From a virus (Duplodnaviria > Caudoviricetes), in IMG/VR virus record IMGVR_UViG_3300021962_000588, positions 1 to 25,528 of that record: DNA of 25,528 bases, one strand, 5' to 3'. Both the position numbers and the translations under genes were made by a program. The stretch's first letter is position 1. Each line of letters opens with the position of its first letter. The notes beneath the pieces were generated by a model. The model worked only from the letters and a program-made list of their open reading frames with translations. It did not search any database and was not told the DNA's origin. This document shows, piece by piece, positions 15,573 through 22,760 of this stretch.

Positions 15573-16508
15573 TTATGAAAAATAACTTGCTGCTGCAAGG
15601 TCTAAACGAACCGTACCAACGCCAGTTGTATTTGTTGCAACAACACCAAGATTTGAAACCAAATTAGTGATAGCAGTTAATGTTCCATTAATACTTCCAT
15701 AACCAAATATAGCTTTATCGCCACCATATCCTGCTGCGGCTAGATAGGACCTAGAAGTGCCAACACCTGTAGTGTCCGTAGCAACAACTCCACTGTTTGA
15801 CACTAAATTGGTCACACTTAAACTGTTTGTTGCAAAAGTGAATCCATAACCAAATATAGCTTTATCGCCACCATATCCTGCTGCTGCAAGACCCCATCTG
15901 GCAGTTCCAACACCTGTAACATCAGTAGCAACAACACCTGCATTTGATACTAAATTTGTTAAATTATATTCTACGAATGAATTATTTCTTCCATAACCAA
16001 ATATAGCTTTATCTCCACCATATCCTGCTGCGGCCAAATAGTATCTGACTGTACCAACACCCGTAGTGTCTGTATTAACAACGCCGGTATTTGACACAAG
16101 ATTCGTCACTGAAACGTCTGTTCCTGATCTACCATAACCAAATATAGCTTTATCTCCACCATATCCTGCTGCGGCCAAATATTGCCTAGCAGTTCCAACG
16201 CCTGTTGTATCTGTAGCAACGACTCCAAGATATGATACAAGATTGGTCATTGAAACTTGTGTTGAGGTGTATCCGTATCCAAATATAGCTTTGTCACCGC
16301 CGTAACCTGCTGCTGCTAAACGAGACCTAGCTGTTCCAACTCCTGTTACATCAGTGGAAACTTTTCCAAAGATATTAACAAGATTTGTAATTGATACATT
16401 GCCAAGACTATCACCATAACCGAATATGGCCTTCACCTGGCTTTTCAATGAAGATTCAAAAGTTCCGTCGGAATATAAAATACCTGTCGTGTTTGACGTT
16501 GCGGGCAT
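15573..16508 (-). CDS. Six-repeat protein (Kelch-like beta-propeller), paralog 1
   Basis: Same unit six times; N-terminal TGILYSDGT leader related to those of the other two paralogs. Confidence 0.8.
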   Translation of the reverse strand: MPATSNTTGILYSDGTFESSLKSQVKAIFGYGDSLGNVSITNLVNIFGKVSTDVTGVGTARSRLAAAGYGGDKAIFGYGYTSTQVSMTNLVSYLGVVATDTTGVGTARQYLAAAGYGGDKAIFGYGRSGTDVSVTNLVSNTGVVNTDTTGVGTVRYYLAAAGYGGDKAIFGYGRNNSFVEYNLTNLVSNAGVVATDVTGVGTARWGLAAAGYGGDKAIFGYGFTFATNSLSVTNLVSNSGVVATDTTGVGTSRSYLAAAGYGGDKAIFGYGSINGTLTAITNLVSNLGVVATNTTGVGTVRLDLAAASYFS

Positions 16509-16536
16509 ATTTTCTAATACCTAATTAGTTTATATG

Positions 16537-16575
16537 TATTTATTCATCTAAATAAGAGAGTAATTCCTATTTAGA
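16537..16575 (-). promoter_or_regulatory. Tandem late-promoter-like octamers (TCTAAATA 16575-16568, AATAAATA 16544-16537)
   Basis: TAAATA cores upstream of the repeat-protein module. Confidence 0.55.
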
Positions 16576-17238
16576 GTTGGGTAGGTTTTTATGGTAAAAA
16601 TCGATGTGTTCTGCTAAATTACCAATGTGATCCTGCGTTTTTTGAACAAAAACAAGAGGTTTTTCTGCTTCTACCGCCATCAGAATGACGATTTGATCCA
16701 CCGGGACGCCAGTTAATTCTTCATACATCAAAGAATATGCTGTACATTGTGCAAAATAATCTTGTATATCTTCTTCTTTTTTAATCTTGGAAGAGGTTTT
16801 AAAGTCGATTACCGACAGCACACCTTTCCATTCTGCAATACAATCAACTGTACCTGCCATACCAATTTTTTCAGACCATAGTGACTGTTCTTGATAGTGT
16901 ATATTGTTGATATGTTTCAGTTGATCTTTTAAAGATGCATACATGGCTGCACTATCGGGCATTTCCGAAAGTAATGACACCTTCTCATTCATAAGGTGTT
17001 TTTCTACCAATGTATGCAGTCTTGTGCCTCTTTTAGATGCAGCATTTGAGATTCGGTTGGCTTCTTCATGCCCAACCCTATTTCTCCATTCATTGATTAT
17101 AGCTTTTTTCTTGGCGCCTATAACAGTTGTCACCGATGCTAGTTTTTTGCCACCGGGAGAAATATAGTATCTTCGCCCATCAGAAAAGGTTTCAGATACT
17201 AATTTCTCTAGGGCTTTCGGTGGGCAATGTATATACAT
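16567..17238 (-). CDS. PD-(D/E)xK (RecB/Cas4-like) exonuclease
   Basis: SVTTVI, W..RVG.EEA, RGT.LH..VE, AGTVDCIAE...LSVIDFKTS, YFAQ..AY; adjacent to phoH. Confidence 0.9.
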   Translation of the reverse strand: MYIHCPPKALEKLVSETFSDGRRYYISPGGKKLASVTTVIGAKKKAIINEWRNRVGHEEANRISNAASKRGTRLHTLVEKHLMNEKVSLLSEMPDSAAMYASLKDQLKHINNIHYQEQSLWSEKIGMAGTVDCIAEWKGVLSVIDFKTSSKIKKEEDIQDYFAQCTAYSLMYEELTGVPVDQIVILMAVEAEKPLVFVQKTQDHIGNLAEHIDFYHKNLPNSK

Positions 17239-17939
17239 TATAATTTAAGCTTTTCTTTTTGAATGAGATATGATTTAACAAAGCCGGATCGAACAATGTC
17301 TTCCAGCCCGAATCTGATGTGAGACATATATTCAATCTTTTCTAAAATCTTAATTGAATCTTCAAAACCAGATTTCTCTTTTTTTAGATTCAAATCGTTT
17401 TGGTTATAATCACCACATAAAATGAAGCGACAATTTTCGCCAATTCGTGTTAGAACTGTATCGATTTCGTGAAAGGTTGCAGATTGAAACTCATCAAATA
17501 TAATAATACAATTTCTAAATGTCAAGCCTCTCAGAAAGCTTGTTGTTTGAAACTGAATGATTTCTTTATTGAACAGAAAATGCCATGCATCCCCACGCCC
17601 AATAAGTTCATTCACAATATTCATGTAGGGCTCTTGATATATCTTAGATTTCTCCTCAAGAGTTCCTGGCACGAATCCTAGATCCCTAGACGGTACCGCT
17701 GAACGAATGATAATAACACGTTCATAATAAGAACTTGGTGCAAGTAAATCTTTCAGTGAGAGATATAGCGCAAGAAACGATTTACCTGTGCCTGCTGAAC
17801 CTGAAAGTATTAGATTGTGCCCTTTGTCATATTCTTCAAATGTTCTTTTCTGATTTTCTGTTAGAGGCTCAACTGTGCGAAGCCCAAAATGCTGCGACTG
17901 TGCCTGTGCAGCGGCTGATTTCTTTTTTCCCGTTGCCAT
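17238..17939 (-). CDS. phoH: PhoH-family ATPase
   Basis: GSAGTGKS, R.LGFVPG..EEK, SFLRGLTF, DEFQ, TRIG, GD..Q.DL, DIVRSG.V. Confidence 0.96.
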   Translation of the reverse strand: MATGKKKSAAAQAQSQHFGLRTVEPLTENQKRTFEEYDKGHNLILSGSAGTGKSFLALYLSLKDLLAPSSYYERVIIIRSAVPSRDLGFVPGTLEEKSKIYQEPYMNIVNELIGRGDAWHFLFNKEIIQFQTTSFLRGLTFRNCIIIFDEFQSATFHEIDTVLTRIGENCRFILCGDYNQNDLNLKKEKSGFEDSIKILEKIEYMSHIRFGLEDIVRSGFVKSYLIQKEKLKL

Positions 17940-17957
17940 AGATTCTCCTCATTTTTG

Positions 17958-18239
17958 TTACCACTCTCTTGGCATTTTTGTTTTATGAGTTCGAGCTAGA
18001 GTATTTCCTGGCACTTTTTCTCTAATACGCCCGATTATCTCCCTTTCAAATCTTGCGTCTGGCTGCCCTGCGCTTGGAACATTCATACGCATACCATCAC
18101 CGAAAACTGGTAGACTATCAACAGAATGATAAGTCTGTAGATGAGGATTTAATTCTTTGAATTCGTCCAACTTCTTATAGCTAAACGTATATTCTTCGAT
18201 TTCGTTTGTTTCTGTATTGATAAATTGATATGTGGGCAT
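17958..18239 (-). CDS. Hypothetical protein with an FmdB-like N-terminus but no Cys
   Basis: MPTYQF.N..T.E..E pattern; located just upstream of phoH. Confidence 0.7.
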   Translation of the reverse strand: MPTYQFINTETNEIEEYTFSYKKLDEFKELNPHLQTYHSVDSLPVFGDGMRMNVPSAGQPDARFEREIIGRIREKVPGNTLARTHKTKMPREW

Positions 18240-18241
18240 TT

Positions 18242-18823
18242 TTATAAATTAAATACGATTGAAATTCTAGGTTCATCAGATTCGTTTGGTGCAACTTCAT
18301 GATACAACCAACCAGGCCACATAAGAAGAAACCCAGGGTACGGTGTGTAATCGAAATGAGACATTGCATACCAATTATTGGGATCTTTGACATGAAAGAA
18401 ATAATCAAAGAAGTCTCTAAATGGTTGATTCGGCATAAAACGAATCTTGGAAGATCCTGGGGGTGTCTGTAGATAAAAAATACCTGATATCGTACACTGT
18501 GAATGTAGGTGTTTTGGGTGATTACTACCCTTCAAAAAAGAATTCAGGAAGAAATATGGATTCAATTTGATGGGTGTCGGATCAAATCCTTGTATTTCTA
18601 AAAATTCTATACCTTTTGAGATAATAAATTCGGTGAATGGTTTGAATTCAGGATTTTTAGTAAGATCCAACCCTGTGCCATGTGTTGTTCGCCCATTATA
18701 ATAAAAATCGGGATTTGATGGTTGTGTTTCAAAAAATCTTTTGACAATCGGTAACATTTTATCCGACCAATTAAAATGATCTTCTCGTGCAACCACTGAA
18801 GGGAAAAAATTATCAAGTATCAT
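18242..18823 (-). CDS. Putative 2OG-Fe(II) oxygenase (TIGR02466-like)
   Basis: HxH..C.ISGIFY, G.LL.WP.WL.HEV..N.S...RISIVFN. Confidence 0.88.
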   Translation of the reverse strand: MILDNFFPSVVAREDHFNWSDKMLPIVKRFFETQPSNPDFYYNGRTTHGTGLDLTKNPEFKPFTEFIISKGIEFLEIQGFDPTPIKLNPYFFLNSFLKGSNHPKHLHSQCTISGIFYLQTPPGSSKIRFMPNQPFRDFFDYFFHVKDPNNWYAMSHFDYTPYPGFLLMWPGWLYHEVAPNESDEPRISIVFNL

Positions 18824-19089
18824 AATGTCTCAGGTAAAAAGATTTTAAGTTTTTCTCGTTTTGCTTGAACTGCATTTACTATTTCATCTTCAGAAATATT
18901 TATGTCAGTCTCATTAATAAGAATGTCAATAAGTGCCAAAACATCCCCGATTTCGGTAATCAATGCTTGTTTATTTGTAATTCCATTCCAAGAATTATCA
19001 AGCCCGAAACGATAAACTTTTGAAACAGCTTGTACAACTTCAGCGCATTCTTCCTGAAGAATTGCCATTACAGTATTTTTATCTCTCAT
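18820..19089 (-). CDS. MazG-like nucleotide pyrophosphohydrolase
   Basis: EECAEVVQAVSK..RFG and EIGDV motifs. Confidence 0.85.
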   Translation of the reverse strand: MRDKNTVMAILQEECAEVVQAVSKVYRFGLDNSWNGITNKQALITEIGDVLALIDILINETDINISEDEIVNAVQAKREKLKIFLPETL

Positions 19090-19630
19090 ACTTTACTCCA
19101 TACCATTCAGGAACCGGTCGGTTTTTCCAAGATGCAAGATGTGTTTTGTTGCGATTGTAATAGTTACGATAAGATGCTAGAGAATCACCTGGCACTTTTA
19201 CATCATCAGGCATTGCCGGCGTAGGACCGTAAAACTCACTGCTCACAATATTAATCGGTGGCAAATACAATGCTTCAGACATTCTTTTCTCTACAGCATG
19301 AATTTTACCATAACGATAAGTGTATTCTTTACACAAATAAAACCACATCTGGTATAGCCAGATATAGTTTTCACGATTGGAACGAGTCCATACGGCTGAA
19401 GGATGATTGATATGAGACGCCTTCATCATAATCGTATCATTCTCACCTTCAAGCCGCCACCGTTTGATGGAGCGCCCGTTGGCAGTCTTATCAAGATACG
19501 GTACGCCATCAAGTAAACGGTGTGCAGTGGACATAAGTTGGGAATATTCGATAATCATTTTTATGGTATGCTTATCGTTATGCATTTCAGCGCAAATTTG
19601 TGGATCATGATGTAGATAGAAAATGTTCAC
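19079..19630 (-). CDS. Pyrimidine-dimer DNA glycosylase (DenV-related family)
   Basis: MNIFYL..DP..CA..H.DKH..KM..E..QL.STAH, H.NHPS..W, EYTYRYGK.H, AMPD, YRNYY; GTG start. Confidence 0.85.
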   Translation of the reverse strand: MNIFYLHHDPQICAEMHNDKHTIKMIIEYSQLMSTAHRLLDGVPYLDKTANGRSIKRWRLEGENDTIMMKASHINHPSAVWTRSNRENYIWLYQMWFYLCKEYTYRYGKIHAVEKRMSEALYLPPINIVSSEFYGPTPAMPDDVKVPGDSLASYRNYYNRNKTHLASWKNRPVPEWYGVKYER

Positions 19631-20427
19631 GGTACGATATAGCCCTTTTCTTTGAGGTTTTCGATGTTCATTTCAAAATAAGGATACAACACATGATGGG
19701 GTACTGGCAAGATATTATCGACTATTTCTTGAATATTATCCGGCCAACGAGCTTCCAAATCATAAGTTTTCCATTTGTATTCCCAGACTTTCCACGACAG
19801 CCCTCTATAATTATGTGAACGGTTTTGTTCATCACAACGAGAATTATCTGGTTGTGGTCTTTTTGCCAAATGTAGAGTGGGATTCCAAACTCTACCATGA
19901 GCATAATCGTTGATTGATGATCGTTCTGGTAGATATTTAATAGCTCTTAGAAAATAATCACCTTCACCAAAACCATAGTGAAATCTTTCATCCCAAAGCC
20001 CAATGCGTTTCACTGCTTCTGGTGTATATGAACAGACCATATCACCTGCATCATCAGCATAAAAGTCAAAGTTCTTATGTATTTTCAAAAGTTGAAAAAT
20101 CCAATCGAAATTCCATACCGTATCATCTTGTGCTGTAACAACAATGTCTGCATCAGGGTTTGTTAAACTTTTAAAGCCATGAATAATTGCTGTATTCCAC
20201 ATGCGGGCTAACATGGCAGTTGCAAAGTCTGGCGTGCCTCGATTGTGAATTACATTCACATGTTGTTCAAAAACCGGATCGATTTTAAAGTTTGTATGAT
20301 TATTGATAATGTTAACATGCAAGTCAATATCAACAAGTGGTCTATTGAACACTTGGAACAAAGATGCAAGATTATTGCTTAGAGCTTTTTCATCTTGCCA
20401 TGTAACAATAAAAACTTTTATTTTCAT
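19627..20427 (-). CDS. Glycosyltransferase, GT2/GT-A-like
   Basis: LARMWN, QDD, V.RIGLWDERF...G.GEGDY..R. Confidence 0.75.
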   Translation of the reverse strand: MKIKVFIVTWQDEKALSNNLASLFQVFNRPLVDIDLHVNIINNHTNFKIDPVFEQHVNVIHNRGTPDFATAMLARMWNTAIIHGFKSLTNPDADIVVTAQDDTVWNFDWIFQLLKIHKNFDFYADDAGDMVCSYTPEAVKRIGLWDERFHYGFGEGDYFLRAIKYLPERSSINDYAHGRVWNPTLHLAKRPQPDNSRCDEQNRSHNYRGLSWKVWEYKWKTYDLEARWPDNIQEIVDNILPVPHHVLYPYFEMNIENLKEKGYIVP

Positions 20428-20699
20428 AGCGAACGGGCTTGAAATCCTTCTGCGGGAATAGTTGGATGAACAATTTGATTACTCATAATCTTATGTTTTT
20501 CAAGTGGTTCCAATGATACGCCATCAAGTTTAATTGTTGGGGCAAATGTAAGTTCAACTTCGTTACCAATATTAAAACCACATGCGTTAAGAAAGTCCTG
20601 AAAGTTTTGAACAACTCTACGAAGCTCAAGAGTTTCAAGATTCATTTCGATAGTGACATTATCGTCTCGAACCAGTTTAAATGTAAATTGTTTTTTCAT
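20424..20699 (-). CDS. Hypothetical protein
   Basis: Coupled ORF with GGAG SD; F.DFL.ACGF motif. Confidence 0.7.
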   Translation of the reverse strand: MKKQFTFKLVRDDNVTIEMNLETLELRRVVQNFQDFLNACGFNIGNEVELTFAPTIKLDGVSLEPLEKHKIMSNQIVHPTIPAEGFQARSL

Positions 20700-21016
20700 T
20701 ATTTGTCTCCAAATGAAGGAATATTCAATTCAACACCACCTGAAAGTGGAGCTTTAATATTAGTATCTTCTTTCTTAATAGGCTTAGGAAACTTCTTTGC
20801 GATATCCTCCGCTTTCACTGTTTGAAGCACAAACTGTTGAAAGTTTGAATAGTCATCTGTGATTGTGATAGTTCGTGGTGACCCAGCCTCAAGTGTTGAG
20901 AAATACAGAACACAACCTCCGGCTACCAATGGCGCAATCTCAATGACATTATCAAGATTGATAATGATTTTGCATTTTTTAGGTGCAAGTGAATTTACTT
21001 CGACAAACATTGTCAT
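20699..21016 (-). CDS. Hypothetical protein
   Basis: GAGGT SD; stop overlaps the next start. Confidence 0.75.
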   Translation of the reverse strand: MTMFVEVNSLAPKKCKIIINLDNVIEIAPLVAGGCVLYFSTLEAGSPRTITITDDYSNFQQFVLQTVKAEDIAKKFPKPIKKEDTNIKAPLSGGVELNIPSFGDK

Positions 21017-21035
21017 AATTACCTCTTTTTAAAAA

Positions 21036-21173
21036 TCATGTAAATAAAAAATATAACACTAGTAGTATAACAAATAAAAACGCCGAAGTAAAGGCAAATA
21101 CCTTAATTCTTCGGCGTTTTTCCAGTTCTCTTTCTATTTTTTCCAGCTCAAAGTATAATTCAATGTTGTTCAT
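21036..21173 (-). CDS. Small C-terminally anchored membrane protein (45 aa), not in the ORF track
   Basis: MNNIELYFELEKIERELEKRRRIKVFAFTSAFLFVILLVLYFLFT*: a basic patch followed by one TM helix. Confidence 0.5.
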   Translation of the reverse strand: MNNIELYFELEKIERELEKRRRIKVFAFTSAFLFVILLVLYFLFT

Positions 21174-21204
21174 AACAAAAGCCAAAAGTTAAAGACTATA
21201 TTAT

Positions 21205-21300
21205 TTAGTACCACCCACGGTTGTATGTATTGTTACGGTATTCATAAATGTCATCGGACATATCACACAGAAAAGCCCAGATTTTTTTGATTATGGCCAT
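21205..21300 (-). CDS. Small hypothetical protein (31 aa), not in the ORF track
   Basis: MAIIKKIWAFLCDMSDDIYEYRNNTYNRGWY*; overlaps the upstream stop; AGGGA SD. Confidence 0.5.
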   Translation of the reverse strand: MAIIKKIWAFLCDMSDDIYEYRNNTYNRGWY

Positions 21301-21455
21301 TGTTTGTTCCCTATAGTTCTTTGGTATTGAGTTTCCAATCTCTCTACGTCAGAGTGTGTTTTGGGTCTTTTGGACTCAATGTACTTCTGCATAGATGAAC
21401 CATGTTTTTCTTGTAATTTGCTAAGTACAAATTTGTAAAGTAAAGATGGTAACAT
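21291..21455 (-). CDS. Small hypothetical protein (54 aa), not in the ORF track
   Basis: MLPSLLYKFVLSKLQEKHGSSMQKYIESKRPKTHSDVERLETQYQRTIGNKQWP*; TAATG coupling to the upstream gene. Confidence 0.65.
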   Translation of the reverse strand: MLPSLLYKFVLSKLQEKHGSSMQKYIESKRPKTHSDVERLETQYQRTIGNKQWP

Positions 21456-21658
21456 TATTTTGTTTTTGACTTCAATAATGTGTCAGTGAAAACAGACATA
21501 ACATCATTACCAGTTTTTACAATTTGTTTCGTGAAAGCTCTCTGTGCCTCAATAAAAGAGAAAAGAGGCGCTTTCAAGTTCTCATCAGTAATAAACGTGG
21601 TGACAAAATACTTCTTTGAGTCTTGAACGGTGTCAATAAAGCGGTCGGCTGCAAACAT
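21455..21658 (-). CDS. Small amphipathic helical protein (possibly phasin-like)
   Basis: AAGGAG SD and ACTAAATA upstream. The phasin resemblance is weak and unverified. Confidence 0.7.
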   Translation of the reverse strand: MFAADRFIDTVQDSKKYFVTTFITDENLKAPLFSFIEAQRAFTKQIVKTGNDVMSVFTDTLLKSKTK

Positions 21659-21690
21659 AATATTCTCCTTAAAATTAGTAGTAACTCTAA

Positions 21691-21739
21691 TATTTAGTAA
21701 AATTTATGCTGCAAACGCAAAACTTTTTGACTATAAATA
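21691..21739. promoter_or_regulatory. Divergent late promoters: ACTAAATA (-, 21698-21691) and TATAAATA (+, 21732-21739)
   Basis: Consensus or near-consensus octamers, each pointing at its adjacent gene. Confidence 0.65.
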
Positions 21740-21805
21740 ACTGTGGGTCGCCAGATTGCCGTCTGCACCCACTCTAACACTGAACAGAAAACAAGGAGTG
21801 CCAGC

Positions 21806-22246
21806 CTGACTATCTATAACGACAATTCTTTAGTATTACCTTATGTTTACCGTTGTACCGAAAGAGAAACAGGTAGATTTTACATAGGTTATCGTTTTAA
21901 AAACAAGGTTCCAGCAAAGGACGATTTGGGCATTCACTATTTCACCTCAAATGAATATGTCAAAAACAATTTTGATAAATTTGACTTTGAAATCATAAAA
22001 GAATTTCCAGATAGAAAGAGTGCTTTTGAGTATGAAACGCAATTGATCAAAGAGACCAAATGCGAAAATCAGATAAATGCTAATAAACACAATAAAGCAA
22101 AACGCCCATATCAAAAAAAGCAAATTTATCTATATTGTATATACCCAGGTTGCGGAAAATACATCAATTCTTCAATCAAACGATTTTGTTGCAAAACTCA
22201 TGCGGCATCTTATTCTGCGAAGAAAAGGTATAGTCAAAAAACATAA
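21806..22246 (+). CDS. GIY-YIG (Seg-like) free-standing homing endonuclease; likely start CTG 21806 (ORF track uses GTG 21743)
   Basis: YVY-x10-FYIGYR, YFTS, A...E..LI..N, and a C-terminal Cys/His cluster. It is the only + strand gene in a long - strand block. Confidence 0.75.
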   Translation: MTIYNDNSLVLPYVYRCTERETGRFYIGYRFKNKVPAKDDLGIHYFTSNEYVKNNFDKFDFEIIKEFPDRKSAFEYETQLIKETKCENQINANKHNKAKRPYQKKQIYLYCIYPGCGKYINSSIKRFCCKTHAASYSAKKRYSQKT

Positions 22247-22485
22247 GTTTTTTGCAAGTATGCCTTAGCCGAGGACAAAGATGTAAATTTAGTACCGTCG
22301 ATAAAAATAGACTTAGGGCTGTACACCAAAACTTGCCCGTTTTTCATGGTCAGTTTGTAGTGCTGCACACCTTTTTTGTCTTTTTCTTTGGTTCTAAACT
22401 CATCAAATTTGTGTACCAGATTACCCCACATGAGAGTTTCGCACAATTCTTCACAGACTAGAGACCGATGGTATGCAGCATTCAT
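22234..22485 (-). CDS. Hypothetical protein
   Basis: AAGGA SD and a strong promoter upstream. Confidence 0.75.
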   Translation of the reverse strand: MNAAYHRSLVCEELCETLMWGNLVHKFDEFRTKEKDKKGVQHYKLTMKNGQVLVYSPKSIFIDGTKFTSLSSAKAYLQKTYVF

Positions 22486-22515
22486 AATAAAATCCTTTTC
22501 TCACAGTATATCATT

Positions 22516-22544
22516 ATTATAGCACAAACTTGCCTCTTTGGCAA
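22516..22544 (-). promoter_or_regulatory. Sigma70-type early promoter
   Basis: TTGCCA-17 nt-TATAAT with extended -10 (TGcTATAAT). Confidence 0.85.
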
Positions 22545-22562
22545 CCACCGAGTGTTGTTTTT

Positions 22563-22760
22563 TTACAACGTATTGATATACTTCTTAAAGCGGTCCCATT
22601 CGGTAGGCTTCATGAACAATTCAACTTTGGTGCTATGACAATCGGGAAAGTTTGCGTTCAATGTACGAACCTCAAGCGTGACCTTCTTAATATCACGAAT
22701 GGGTTCTACCGTCAAATAATATGAATACTGGTGAAAAGGATCGGAAAATTCATATCTCAT
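22563..22760 (-). CDS. Hypothetical protein
   Basis: ATGA overlap with the AAA ATPase gene. Confidence 0.7.
   Translation of the reverse strand: MRYEFSDPFHQYSYYLTVEPIRDIKKVTLEVRTLNANFPDCHSTKVELFMKPTEWDRFKKYINTL

Larger units (their letters stand above)
13680..16440. repeat. Coding tandem repeat array, about 135-150 bp period, 18 units across three genes
   Basis: The core CCAAATATAGCTTTATC(A/G/T)CCACCATATCCTGCTGC recurs in frame. Confidence 0.95.

Noticed and set aside
13680-16440. CRISPR array (recurring ~35-bp sequence beside a Cas4-like gene)
   Set aside because: The units are in-frame coding repeats with a ~140-bp period, the intervening parts are homologous to each other, and no cas operon is present. 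The nuclease is the usual phoH-linked phage exonuclease.
13680-16508. Diversity-generating retroelement
   Set aside because: No reverse transcriptase or non-coding template repeat in the window, and the variation includes indels. It cannot be excluded elsewhere in the genome.
21743-21805. HDV-like/theta ribozyme in the endonuclease leader
   Set aside because: I could not fit the nested double pseudoknot or the catalytic J4/2 strand by eye; only simple stems are supported.
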